Positions 1 through 13,239 of a DNA stretch of 64,000 bases are shown one piece after another (the stretch's first letter is position 1; each line of letters begins with the position of its first letter). The position numbers and the translations under genes were made by a program. The notes beneath the pieces were generated by a model that was not told where the DNA came from, made no database searches, and was given only the letters and a program-made list of their open reading frames with translations. The DNA is from Chiloscyllium plagiosum (taxonomy: Eukaryota): positions 58,971,335 to 59,035,334 of the forward strand of contig NC_057729.1 of NCBI RefSeq assembly GCF_004010195.1, written 5' to 3'.

Positions 1-3000
1 ACTTAGGCAACCAGACTATGCACAGATGCATATTAGATGCTAATGTAGCCATGATTCTTTGTTCAATGCAATCATTTTAAGTTTTGGCACCCTGAATGTT
101 AAGTGGATAGAAGCTCTGTCCTTGGCAACTTTGGCAGATAATTAACCTTGCAAGTTAAAACTGAGAGCTAAACCTAGGTTGGACATTGATGTAAATTATA
201 GTATTTTGTGCACTTGGGTTTCATTGTCAGCTGCCATTAGACACAGTGAAAATAGTAGGAACTAGGGTACAAGTAAGTTGAAAACTCAGTTCTTAATGTG
301 CATGTTGACCCTTTGTTCTGGGCATGGTATTTTCTTTTCAAAACTTTTGAGTTTGAGAGTAGCCATTCTCTCCAATCTCTGTATATAACACAGCATATTG
401 CAGGTTAAGTTGTTTCACTTCCGTGTTCAATTTGAACTTGTGCTATTGTGTGACCCAAGGCTTGATATCATACTGTTTATGGAGCTCATTTGTGTGCTAG
501 TTATCTATTTGTTCTGCTAGTACCCACACTGTTCACATTAATGCTGCAAGGGTGGTGAAATCAGTTCGGAGGAACTCTTTTCTTTTTTTTAACCACTACA
601 GGCTGCCAGTTTCTTGCTGTAGAATTTGGCTAATGCAAGACTTTTAACGCTGATGCACTTAGTATAATTTCTGCATTATACTTTTCTAAAATTTTGTTAT
701 TTGCTGGTTTGTAAAGGTGTACAAAAAATCCTTGTAAACCCATTCAAAGATCGAATGAATTCTTGTAACAGTGTTTTTTTTTTAAATGCAAGCTGCAACT
801 GTATTCCTTTCTGGCACTGGGAAATGCTCATTGTATTCATGCCAGCATGCAGTGCTAGTCGAGATTTAGAGTAACTAGCATTTTGAAATGTATTTGTAAG
901 CAAATGTATGCTGGATAGAGAGTGCCCTGTTTTGGGAAATATTGTACAGCCTTGTTAATGACCCAAGCCTCAATAATCCTACTGTATCATATCCGTAAGT
1001 TTTTTTGTAAAAGATACAAAATGAATCAGTAAAAGTGTGATGCTGTTTTTTTAACTAAAAAGACAATGCGTATTGCTTATTTGAATTTTTGATGTGTTTT
1101 TGCAATGATGTTGAGGAGATCTGAAACGTATGCAACACTACATTGTATAGTGAGAAAGGACTTTTATTGGTTCACTGAGCATCTGTAACTGCTCCCAGTG
1201 CATCTTGGGATATTCCATCTCTGACTTTCAGTTTTGGGTTTTCAATCCCACAATGTACTGTACCAGTAGAATTTAATGTTTGATGCAGTAGGGCGGGATT
1301 TGGAACAGATTGGTCTTAATTCACAAGAGCACAGATTCAGCTCCCACACAAAATGGGTTTCAAAAGTAGCCAATATTGTAATGAAATTGACGGTAATATT
1401 GAGTGGCAATGTGACTCTCCATTCTTGCTGATTGACCCATGAACCAAATTCAACTCAAAACTAGATTGAAGTCTGCTCAGTGAGCTAATGTGAGAAGTCC
1501 CCATAAACTACTTGTAAGTAGCATTGTAAGAACTGCATTGTTCTTTGTGTGACCTGGATTTCTGCTGTTGCAACATATTAAGCATCTTTGTACTGGTACA
1601 GTTGCATTTGAAGATCGCCTTTGTAATTTGCAGACTGATAAATTTTGCATTTACATCTATTTGGTGAGATCAGTAGGAAAAATGTTGAACTGAACCATGA
1701 TGTAAAAGAACACGTTGTACATACGCCGTTATCTTCAGTTTTTTGTCAATAAAATGCATTCCGTGATGAATAAAGGAAACAGCTCTTGTAGGTTTAGATA
1801 TAAAACCTTGTATTGCTTTTAAAAGAGAAATGGCCAGACAAATGGCAAATTTGGTGGCTTTCTTTTGTTTTTCCAATGTTTGTGCAACATAAAGAACATT
1901 TTAGTATATCTGATATCTGAATCTGATGGCTTGTTGGTAACAAAGTTGTCCAATACTGACTTAAATGGATGAGAGGACCACAGTTACCTGTCTGATTTTC
2001 CTCATTGATCATCTATATTTGAAATTTACCTCATTTCAGAAGAAAACTTATATGCAACAGTATTTTCAATGAGCAGCTGCAACAGTGAAATTCCATATTA
2101 AAAATCCTTCTACTTTAGTTCTTCAAGGAATTGAGAATCACATCACAGTTGGGGATCAAAGTGAAATTCTCTAAATATAAAATTTCCCTCTTTACAAGGT
2201 CCCTTTGGCAGCATCTCATTCCCCCACCCCCTGCCAAACAAGAACCTTTATAATGTTTGCTGCTTCCTAAAGCAGAACAAAGCCCATTTTGCTTTTTCCC
2301 ACTTCCTGCAAAAAGAGGTAGTGATTCAAAAGAAAAACTCTAATGATTGTTGGGTTAGATTTGACTTTAACTGCAGGAGACTATTAGATACTTTTCCTCC
2401 AATTAGTTTTTTTTTTAAGAATAATTATTTCCTGTCTCAAGAGAATGAGATTTTTGTCTGGCTTGTCTTTGTGGTATATACTCAATTTATTTTCAATCTT
2501 CAGAAAAATTGTGCATACTTGGAACTAGAGTGTTTTGTTCTGTTGCTCTTGCACGACCCTTAAACCGCATACATAAAATGGCAAGTGTAACTCATTGTCT
2601 GACTTGTCAAAATTGCTTGTGTCTAATTTACTTTGCTAACTCATTGCCATTTTGACATTGCTTTAAGGACACTGGTGTGTTAAAGCTCAACATTATGCTG
2701 ATCACATTGCATATACAATTTGCAATATGCGGTCTTTTCCAAAGAATCAGTGGACCTTCTGTGCACAAAGTACAGTTTGGCTTCATTGTTAACATTCATT
2801 TGTCGGTGGTGCTATGCATTTATATTTGTGGAACATATTGTAGGTACAACTTCAAAAAAATGCATTGCTTGTATAGTGGTAAGTGTAGTGCTTTGCAGCT
2901 AATGTTCTGATGTTGATAATCTGCAGAACAGGCATCAATTTTGAATACAACTGCATTTTTCTGTATTTTTCATCTTGTGTTCATTCAATTTAACTGTTAA

Positions 3001-3700
3001 CTTTGGCACAGAAAGGCATCTCTGTTTTAGAAACTGGGATGATTTTGTAAAACTGGTTATTTTCCAAATGATCTTGCATTGGCTCTAATGATTTTCTTAA
3101 TATTCTCAAATGTCCATAGTTGGAATGTCATGAAATAAAGGCTCATGGTATTTGAATTTTTGGTTGTGTTGCGCAAATGGTTTAAATCACAGTTGGGTGC
3201 TTTAGCGAACATTATTTGAGAGGGGTGACCTTGCAAAGCCATTTCTTTATTTGGGCAGAGGAAACTCGCCACTTACATTTTGGGCCATCTGATTATTGAC
3301 TTATGCTTTTGATTGGTGACCCACCTTTGCAAATACTTCTATTCAGTGGTGGTGCAAAATAATACATTTTTGATTCTCAAGCAGTAACTCATTGAAAGTC
3401 AGGTGTCTGCAGAAATGTACCAAGTTAATGTACAGACTGAAATATTTGTGTGAAGAAAGCTGCTGAGGAGTGGATGTATCTGCATGATGCTCCTTTTCAA
3501 TCACATGACACATAGTTGATGCCATCATGGTTGAGATCTTTGATTTTTACCTGGCTACAATCTGCAGATTCTGCTGCCTCCATTTGATGATTAAGTGCAG
3601 AGATCAAACTTGTAAAGTCACTGCCGTGATAACAACTTGGAAAAGGTAGGTTGATGCCTGTTTGGAAAGGAACAAAGTGGTTGAATAAATCCACTGGTGG
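1..3700 (+). other. Probable long 3'UTR of an upstream gene (candidate RBM12)
   Basis: No recognisable repeats until ~4319; AT/U-rich. PUM-type TGTAHATA at 380-387 and 1716-1723. AATAAA at 1748, 1769, 3134 and 3684, the last two followed by GT-rich tracts. The gene identity is inferred from synteny only. Confidence 0.5.
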
Positions 3701-4318
3701 ATTAATTTATGTTTTGGTGTGCAGATATCTTCTGATTTGTTCTCTGTTGTGACACTTGCAAGGTTGCATTTTATTTGCACAGCTTTAGTTGCAGTTGAGT
3801 CTTTTAGAAATCATTACAACTGAATGGCTTGTTAGGCTGCATGGAAGGACATAAAAAAATCAGCTGTTGTGAAATTTTATAGGCTAGACAGTTGGAGTTG
3901 TAGACTCCCTGTATCCCGAAGAACAATTTGGACACTATTGTCTGGAAACACATGACCATATTAGGTGCCATTTTACACTTACTGGTCTTATTGAATTCAG
4001 TTATATAACTTAAGTGTGATACACAAGTGACCAAAATTACACACAATTCTCCTATGTACCTCTTTAGAGGCTAATTTCAGAGGGGCATTAATAGGGTTTA
4101 GGCTAATTTCCCATTTCTTGATCAAAATATGATATTGGGGAAATGGTCATCATGCCTGTTTTCGTTTCAGGCTGATGTCAACATTTCAACCTCGACTTCA
4201 AGTATCTTTCTTGGTGTTGCCTCTACCAAATTTGCCCTGTCAGATCATATGTTTATAATCTTCGTACTAAGAATTCAAACACTCGGAGAAAGAACTAGTT
4301 TGAGGCTTACCTTAAATT

Positions 4319-4405
4319 CTTCGGATGCTGCCTGAACTGCTGTGCTCTTCCAGCACCACTAATCCAAAATCTGGTTTCCAGCATCTGCAGTCATTGTTTT
4401 TACCT
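4319..4405 (+). mobile_element. Short Penelope-like (PLE) terminal fragment
   Basis: GGATGCTGCCTGAACTGCTG...CCAGCATCTGCAG motif shared with the other PLE ends; flanked by the direct repeat CCTTAAATT. Confidence 0.6.
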
Positions 4406-5151
4406 TGCCTTAAATTATGTTTACTTCAGCCAGAAGGAAGAGCTCATGACACACACACCTCTTGTTTGGTGCAATGTTTAATTTCCAAAGATGGTAGGAT
4501 GGTGTGGCCAATCTATTCCGCTCGACTTTGTGTTGTCAACATACCAAGATATCTTGAAAGCAAGTTTTCTGGTTGTGCAGACTTTCCATTCTACTTTGAC
4601 ATAAGATTTCCAGAGCTATCATTGCAGAAAACCAATTTACATTGCTGTTATGTATTCCAAAAGCCCAAATGCCCTATAAAATGCTTAGTAGTTTGGGCTC
4701 AGTTGAAATATTTTGATTGTAACTTTTTTAAACTTATTTTTGACTCTGCAAGTAAAACATCATCAGTGTTCTTGTTCTATTAGATAGTTTGCTGGTCCAT
4801 TGTTGTCATCACACTACACCTAAGCAATATTTGTTCTCAATCAAATTAGATTTTCATAGTAGAAATGCTTTCCTTTTAATCGAGTGTTGGCTTCACATTC
4901 TTTGTTATTCAGGCACAAAGAAAACACATCTTTGCCTTAAAGGTATTCTAACTTCAGCAGCAGAAGCGTGACTCCCAACTGTCCAAATATAACTAACTTT
5001 GCATGGAAGTGCCTCTAATGGAAGCTTTTGAGTGAGTGTCAAGAGTTTTTAGACTGCAGTTTTCTCCTTCCTCAGGCACGTTCTTTGCTGTGATTCCCTA
5101 CTCTGTCATTTCCCCTGCTCCTTCACTTGGTAGCCAGTCGCAGTTAGCGCC

Positions 5152-5600
5152 ATAGAATTGTACAGCATGGAAACAGTCCCTTTGGTCCAACTGACCAGAT
5201 ATCCTAAATTAATCTAGTCCCATTTGTCAGTATTTGGCCCATATCCCTCTAAACTATTCTTATTCATATACCTATCCAGCTGCCTTTTAAATGTTGTAAT
5301 TGTACCCACCTCCACCACTTCCTCTAGCAGTTCATTCCATACATGAACCACCATCTCAGAAAATAATGTTCCTTTTAAATCTTTCCCCTCACATCTTAAA
5401 ACCTATGCCATCTAGTTTTGGACTAACCTACCCTGGGGAAAAGACATTAGCCATTCTTCCTATCCTTGCCCCACATGATTTTATAAACCTCCTCAGTCTC
5501 TGGTGCGTCAGTCTTTCTCTATAGCTCAAACCCTGCAGCATTATAGTAAATCTTATCTGAATCCTTTAAAATTTCACAGCATCTTATCTATATACCAGAA
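5152..5600 (-). mobile_element. CR1/HER1 LINE 3' fragment
   Basis: Reverse-strand similarity to the CR1 ORF2 C-terminus and tail seen at 28090-28495. Confidence 0.75.
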
Positions 5601-8121
5601 ATGAACACAGTTGCCAAGGGAAGGTTGATTGCAAGAGACTCCTATCAGTAGGTACCCCAGTCTCTCACACTCAGCCTCGGCTCCTGTGGTTAAGCAATCT
5701 GTAGCAGTACTCACCTGGTTAAAATTAGCTCACCAGTGCACTCCAGTGACCACCTCGGTCCGCTGGATCTGCCTGTTACTGGATAAGCTTGTTGTGAAAT
5801 TGTAATTGGAGCCCAAGGCCATTCAGAAGATTGAGCAAATTAATTTCGCAGACTATAAGCCGTTATGCTAACAGGCAGTGTTACTTTGTCTAGTTATTAT
5901 CGCTGCTGTAGTTTGTTACACGGTTGACGATAAGCAACGTGACTTAGTAATGGCTATGTCCTGGTGTTACCCGAGTTGGAACACCCATGTATATTCTGCA
6001 TCAGTCTGAGGAATTGATACTTAACCAGATCAGTCAAAGGCATTTTTTTTTACCAATAAATAAACTCTTGCACTGACGCCTGTGATAGTTGAGTGAAGTT
6101 TATTTCCTTCAGTCAGGGCTGCTGATGTTTCAGTGAGGTGTTACATAAACCGATTTAGAACATCGGTCTGGGCAGCGCTGTAATGTTCTTTCAGCCCTCG
6201 ATGTTGCACCGCCCTGTGAAGCCAATCTCACCTACACTCTTCCATCCTCGGCTATATGCCCATCCAATGACCATTCAAATGCCCATAAAGTTGGCGAGTC
6301 TACAACAGTTGCAACTTTTCAACCCACAGTGGCCCAATTGTAACAGTTGGGTGTGAAAATTTGAGCAGTGCTCTGAGAATGAGTGGGAATTTCTTGAACA
6401 GCGTCGCTTGTTTGGAAAGTGGGTAATATAACCACAAAAGGGACCAATCTCAATGGAATGGTGATCAGGGAATTAAAGAACATTTGCAGTGAGTAAATAT
6501 GTTGATATTTCCGCTAAATGCAGTGTGAATTGATTTCTCTAACGGTTCTTTCGGTGCAAGTTGGTGTAGAAACTTTATCCCATTGTGAAAGGGTTGCATC
6601 TTAGAAGATAACAACATGAATTTGTTATCCCGGAGGCAGACTATTATCTGCTTGAAACAACATGCAATGCCAAAACAGTAAATGCTGGAAATCGGAAATG
6701 CAAGCAGCAAATACCTGGAACTAAACAGTCAGCAACTGTCGAGACACTGCGATGCAGACGTGAGCTACTACCTCAGCCCAGAAGACTGGAAGAGGAGCAG
6801 TTACCTCAGTAAGGCTGGAAAAAAGAAGTGGGAGAGAAGGGGTCTGGGGGCGAAAAGGGAAAAAAAAACATCATACCCAGAGAAGGAGTAATGTCCTCCA
6901 AACTGTTCAGTAGGCAACTTTGGGGAAGAGTGGGGAGGTGCGTAGTTGGGAAACATTGGAGCTATATAAAACCCGGGGAAAATGAAGAGCCTGTGTCCAT
7001 ATTGACACAAATAGTGAAGGAGAGACGTTCACAAGTACCAATACAAAAACCAATTATATCTACTGCACACTTTTTTTTTACCTAAACATTTCCAAATGTA
7101 ATGGAAGTCTTTCCTTCCCCCTCCAATTATTTTCTGTCTAGCCTTGTCGGAACCTGCTTCGAAGTGTTCCCTTTCAATGTGGATGCGAGATCGCAATCGG
7201 TTTAACACTAGCAGGACTCTCCCAGTGTAACTGGTGGTAACTCAGCATTACTGGTTGCACTGTTCAGTGAGAATAGGCTGCATACTGATTGTTTCTGTCC
7301 GTCCTCCGAGCAGCCATTTCCTGCTACACACACCAGCAATACCCATGAGATGCTGCACCGTTTTAAACCACGAGCTGATGTGTAAAGCAGAGGTTGATAT
7401 TTTCCTAATTAACAGTCTCCTCTTGTTCTCCCATTCCCGATCCAGGCCAAATTGCGGTACATGGTAGGCAGCTTCATGACCTTGCTAACAGATACTTTTA
7501 GGGTTAAAGGCTGGAAGCTAATGAGGGAGATCAACTAACTCGATAGGTACATAAGGATTGTTCAGCTAGTAGGCGAATAGATTCGAGACAAATGCTGATA
7601 TCAACGGAACATAACTGTAGGATTACTATTAATAGCCAATTTAAAAGGAGAACAGGCAATGATCCTGCCGTGTTGATGCTCGTCGGCCTGTAAGGAAAGA
7701 AATGTCACAGCCCGATGTGAGAAAATAATTTGCAGGCTACTAAGGGTCCAGAATGCACTGCCTGGAAGTGTGATGGGGCAGGCTGAATCAAGGCTTTCGA
7801 GATGGAATTGACTCATTGTTTCCATTCTAATAATGTGCAGTGTTACAGGGAAAAGGCAGGAGAATAACACCAAATCATGAAGGTCATTTGGAGAGCTGAT
7901 ACAGATATGTTGGGCCAAATGCTTCCTTATGGATTGGAACAATTGTGTGGATAGGAACAAACTGCAGAAAGCTTACAGGGTTCTGGGATCTGTAATCAGG
8001 TAGTAAGGACTTCATACTACTTAAATTTGTTCACAAGATGTGGGTATCGTTGGCTGGGCCAGCACTTATTGCCCATCCCTTGTTGCCCTTAAGGTGGTGG
8101 TGAACTGCCAGTCTTGTGCTG

Positions 8122-8245
8122 AAGAAGGGCTTATGCCCGAAACGTCAATTCTCCTGCTCCTTGGATGCTGCCTGATCTGCTGCGCTTTTCCAGCAATACA
8201 TTTTTCAGCTCTGATCTCCAGCATCTGCAGTCCTCACTTTCTCCT
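8122..8245 (+). mobile_element. PLE-derived short insertion with 12-bp TSD, nested in a minus-strand tRNA-derived SINE (~8020-8420)
   Basis: TSD AGTCTTGTGCTG at 8110-8121 and 8246-8257; CTGAAGAAGGGCTTATGCCCGAAACGTC motif. Confidence 0.8.
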
Positions 8246-8429
8246 AGTCTTGTGCTGCAGGTAGACTCACAATGCCCTTAGAGGGAGGACCCTAGGATTT
8301 TGACCCCAGTGACAGTGAAGGAAAAGCAATAAGCTTAAGAGTCGGGATGGTGAAAGGCAACTTGTAGGTGATGGTGTACCCATGTACCAGCTATCCTTGA
8401 CCTAGATGACTATGAATTTCAAAGGTCCT

Positions 8430-9540
8430 GTAAAAGGGTTTTGTATAACACTGCTTTGGACCTGGCTGGATTAATACATCCAATTCTAGGCACCATGAAT
8501 CTTGAGGAATTCTGAGTTGTAGAGAATGAAATCAGGGATGAGGTAGTTCAGTTATGTGGAGAGACTAGAAAAAGCTGGGATTGTCCTCAAAGCATAGAGG
8601 TATTTAAAATGATGAAGGGGTTTGACAGAGTATTCCTGGCTGAAGGATGAGTCAGCACATAATGGTGACTGCATCGCAAATAATGTGAAAGCTGAATTTA
8701 TTTTGTGGGAGGACTTTTCATTGGAAGCCATTCAGAGAAGGCTTACCAGGATCATCTGTGGTATGAGCAAAGGTTAAACAAGTTGGGACTCTACTCATTG
8801 GAATTTAGAAGGATGAGAGGTGATCTCATTGAAACATACAGGATTCTTAAGAGCCTTGACAGGGTAAATGCTGAGAGGATACTCCCCGTCATGGGAGAGT
8901 GTAGGACCAGAGGGCACTGTTTTAGAATAAAAGGGTATAAATTTAATACTGAGATGAGTTTCTTTTCTAAGGGTTGAGAGTCCTTTTGCATTTTTAAGGC
9001 TATGACTGATTCAGAATCTCTCCGTATATCAAAGATTATGGGGAAAGGGAAGGAAAGTGGATGTGAGGAATGTTGCAACAGCCTTGGTTCTATTGAATGG
9101 TGGAGCAGACTCGAGGGACAGGTTTTTTTATGGTTTTATGAAGATATTGCCATTAGTTTATTAAATGCTTTAATGTATTCTCCACGTAAATTATCTAGAT
9201 GCTAATTTCCTGATACATTTTTTCTTTTAAAAAATTAACATAGTTAAAATACTGTATCATTTTACAAGAGTCATTATTTGGCTTCAGCTATTTAGTTAGT
9301 GTCAGTAATGTAAATGAAATGACAAGTGAGATATATCACAAGTTTGCTGTTGACACATTCCCACTGAGTTTTGTAAGCTGTGACCAGGAAAGACCAACAT
9401 TAAGGCAGCTTGGTAAATGGCAAGAACTTGGTGAATGAAGTATGATATGAAGTTATTCACTTTGGTAGGAAGAATATAGAAATAGCATTATGTATGTGGT
9501 CAAACAAGGGACAGTGCAGTCCTGGACTTCATTCTGGGGA
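8430..9540 (+). mobile_element. Decayed CR1 LINE fragments
   Basis: ORF 8705-8977 (LGLYSLEFRRMRGDLIETYRIL...RTRGH) is a CR1 ORF2 C-terminus. Confidence 0.8.
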
Positions 9541-9699
9541 ATGAAACCAGACAGATATTCGAAATGGCAGTGCAGGAGCTTTTTAATAATAGAGACTGCA
9601 ACGTAAGTTTTATGTTTGTTTATGGCAAAGGAAAATGATGGTCTGCAACAAAACTGGTTTTGTATTGTGGAGAAGACCAATTCCTCTTTTTTAGAAAAA

Positions 9700-11825
9700 A
9701 CAACAAAGCAAGATCTGGCCAAGGTAAACTGAGGTCACCTACTTACAGATAAATCTATAGCAGAGCAATGGGAGTCATTGGAAAGGAAGAGGTGAGAATA
9801 CAAACCCAACGTGTGATCCCTTTAGAGTGAAATATAGGACATTAAGCCCCTAGATGTTCAGGAATATTCAGAAAAGGATAAAAAGGAAAAGAGAGGTCTA
9901 TAACAGGTACAAAGAGAGCAAATTAACAAAGATCTATAGTGGACTATAGAAAGGGAGACTTCAGGCAATTGGGAACATAAAGAGCTGGCATGAAAAATGC
10001 TGGCGGGCAATATTACAGAGTATCCCAAGATATTCTCCAAGTTGGTCAAGAGGAACAGAATAACCAGGGAAAGAGGAGGGCCTTTTGGGGATCATGGGAG
10101 AATTGAGTGCGGAGCCATAGGACATTGGAGTGTTAAATAAGTACTTCACATCTTGTCATCAATTGACAGGAGGAGGATGTAGAGGTTCTTGAGCAGATTG
10201 ATAATAGGGAATGAAGAAGTCTTGGAGATTTTGATGGGCTTAAGAGCAGATAAATCCTGGAGTCTGATGAATGTATCCAGGGAAGAAATCACTGGGGCCC
10301 TGACCCACACTTTTAATTCCTCTCTGGCTATGAGAGATGCCAGAGGATAGCAAAATGTGGTTCTACTTTTAAAGAAAAGTGGTCAAGAGGAACTAGGGAA
10401 TTACAGAGCAATCTCACATCACTGGTAGTGAAACTAATGGAGAATGTTCTGAAGGAAAGGGTTAACCTGAATTTAGAGACAAGATGTGATCAGGTATAGG
10501 CTGCATGACTTGGTCAAAGGGAGGTCATGCAGAACAAATCTGGTTGAATTTTTTTGATGAGGTGACCAAGTCTTTTGATGAGCGTAGTGCACTTGATGTA
10601 GTTTTTTGGATTTCAGTAAAGCCTTTGACAAGGACCCCCATGGGAGACTGATAAACACGGTTTTAAAAAAATCTCATGGATCCAGGGTAACTTGGCAAGT
10701 TGGAGTCAAAATTGGCTTCATGACAGGAGACAGAGGGTGTTGGTAGAAGGCTGTTTGTTAGACTGGAGGTGTACTGTGACATAACTCCGTGATCAATGCT
10801 GGATCCTATATTGTTCCTGTGATATAGAAAAACTATGTAGGTGAGAATGTGGGGTGGGAAATGTAAGGTAAATCTGCAGATGATACAAAAATTGGCTGGA
10901 TGGTTGACAGTGTGGAAGGAGGAGGATATAAACAGATTGGGCAGATAGAATTCAAACCTGATCACTTTGAGGTGCACTTTGGAAGAAGTAACAGGGTCAG
11001 GGAGTACTAAATGAATGGTAGGACACTAAAAAGCTCAGAGGAACAGAGACATCTTGGGTACTTGACGGTAGCAGGACAGGCTAACAGGGTAAATAAGCAG
11101 GCGTATGAGACATTTTGCCTTTATCAGTTGTGGTATAGGTTATAAGAGCAGGGAGATCGTGTTGGAGCTGTGCAAAACTTTGGTAGGCCACAGCTGGGGT
11201 AGTGTGTGTAGTTCTGGTTCCCACACTATAGGAAGGGATGGAGAGGAGATTCACCAGGATGTTGCCTGGGATGGAGCATTTCAGTGATGGAGAGGCGGGA
11301 TGGATTGTAGTTGCTTCTTTAGAACAGAGAAGGCTGAGAGGGGACATAATTGTTGAAACTTTATTGCTGGAACAGCACAGCAGGTCAGGCAGCATCCAGG
11401 GAACAGGAGATTCGACGTTTCGGGCACAGGCCCTTCTTCAGGAATGTGCCCGAAACGTCGAATCTCCTGTTCCCTGGATGCTGCCTGACCTGCTGTGCTG
11501 TTCCAGCAATAAAGTTTCAACTTTGATCTCCAGCATCTGCAGACCTCACTTTCTCCTAGGGGACATAATTGAGCAGGCTAAGATTGAGGGTATGAACAGG
11601 GTGGATAGAAAGCAGCTGTTCCCTTAGTTGAAGCGTCAATAATAAGGGGTCATAGTTTTGAGGTGAAAGGTAGGAGGTTTAGAGGGGATTTGAGAAAAAT
11701 ATCTTTCAATCAGGATGGTGAATGTCTGGGTGGGTCGCTGAGGTGGGAAACCTAACTTTTAATAACTACTTGGATAAGTACTTCAAATGTTAGAACATTT
11801 AAGGTTATGGGCCAAGTGCTGGTAA
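9700..11825 (+). mobile_element. Long decayed CR1 LINE ORF2 (RT) copy
   Basis: Fragments DFSKAFDK, ADDTKIG and RRLRGD with many frameshifts; interrupted by a PLE and by SINEs. Confidence 0.8.
11353..11557. mobile_element. Palindromic PLE-derived insertion, 14-bp TSD
   Basis: TSD AGGGGACATAATTG at 11339-11352 and 11558-11571; perfect 77-bp inverted arms at 11352-11428 and 11445-11521. Confidence 0.85.
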
Positions 11826-11826
11826 G

Positions 11827-12366
11827 GAGCGGCATGGTGGCTCAGTGATTAGCACTGCTGCCTCACAGCAGCAGGGTTCCAGGTTCGATTCCAGCCACAG
11901 ATGACTGTCTGTGTGGAGTTTGCACATTCTCCCTGTGTCTGTGTGGGTTTCTTCGGGGTGCTCTGGCTTTCTCCCACAGTCCAAAGATGTGCTGGTTAGG
12001 TGAATTGGCCATGTTAAATTGCTCATAGTGTTAGGTGCATTAGTCAGAGGGAAGTGGGTCTGGGTGGATTACTCTTCGGAGGTTCGGTGTGGACTGGTTG
12101 GGCCGAAGGGTCTGTTTCCATACTGTGGTAATCTACAAACATCTCACCGTGGGCGGCACGGTGGCACAGTGGTTAGCATTGCTGCCTCACAGCGCCTGAG
12201 ACCCGGGTTCAATTCCCGCCTCAGGCGACTGACTGTGTGGAGTTTGCACGTTCTCCCCGTGTCTGCGTGGGTTTCCTCCGGGTGCTCCGGTTTCCTCCCA
12301 CANNNNNNNNNNNNNNNNNNNNNNNNNNNNNNNNNNNNNTGTAATGTAATGTAATCTAAATCTAAG
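11827..12366 (+). mobile_element. Two tandem HE1/V-SINE copies inserted in a CR1 tail (second copy contains an N gap at 12303-12339)
   Basis: tRNA-like head GGCGGCACGGTGGCACAGTGGTTAGC, V-domain GTGTGGAGTTTGCACGTTCTCCCCGTGTCTGCGTGGGTTTCCTCCGGGTGCTCCGG, and (TAATC)-type tail. Confidence 0.9.
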
Positions 12367-13239
12367 TGGGATGAGTGTAGATTTAGCATAGGTTTGGCCA
12401 GACAGACTCAATGGGCAGAAGTGCATCCTTAGAATTATACAATCAAGGGACATAGGAATAGTTCAGGAAAGTGCAGTTGTGTTAGAAGATCAGGCATGAT
12501 CTTATCGAAATGGTGAACGGGCCTTGTGGTGACTCTACTTCTACGTGTAATGCTCTTGTGTGAGGGAGTTGGCAAAACTGCCAGGGGAGGTAATTTTTGT
12601 TGTAGAATTCTGATTTGGTGGAGGAAATACATCCAATTGTAACTTTAGTTAAATACTTGATGGAAAGGAAATTGTCAGTGTGATGGGGCAAAAATAGTGC
12701 AGTGAAACACAAATTGGATAGTTTTCAGAGAGATGTTGTAGGCACACATTGTCAAATTGGTTCCTATGCTGTGAGATGCCGAGTATGCTGTGCCCTTCGT
12801 TTGCTGCTGATTCAATCCATGATATTTGATGGTAACCTCTGGCCTGGTGATTTAATCTGAAGATTTTATTATAGCATGAAATTCCTTCTGGGTATCTCTT
12901 TGAAAGGGCATGTTTGAAAACAATAGTCTTCTCAACAAAATGTGCTCATCGTGGCTTGTCTGTGAAATTGAGATTTGAAATTTTGTTGCATATTGCCCCC
13001 AAGCTTGTTTAGTGTATTCGTAACAACATTGGACAATGAAAGCACAGTTGAACTACTTCCTTATGATGTACAATGTGACAATCATTATGTTGTCCTCATT
13101 AACGGCCAGTGTAAGGTCCACTTCAGTGATGCACAACCTAAAACAATCTCCTATCGAACCTAAAATTGGAAAACAATTGTGTGATCCAAGGCAATTCATC
13201 AGCAGCAGCTTGAAGCAGTTTGGTTTTGTGCAGTAGACA

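Noticed and set aside
4325-4783. 152-aa ORF
   Set aside because: It begins inside a PLE fragment, has no recognisable domain and has no supporting splice structure.
12150-12225. tRNA-like sequence with A/B boxes
   Set aside because: It is the head of an HE1/V-SINE and continues into the V-domain; not a tRNA gene.
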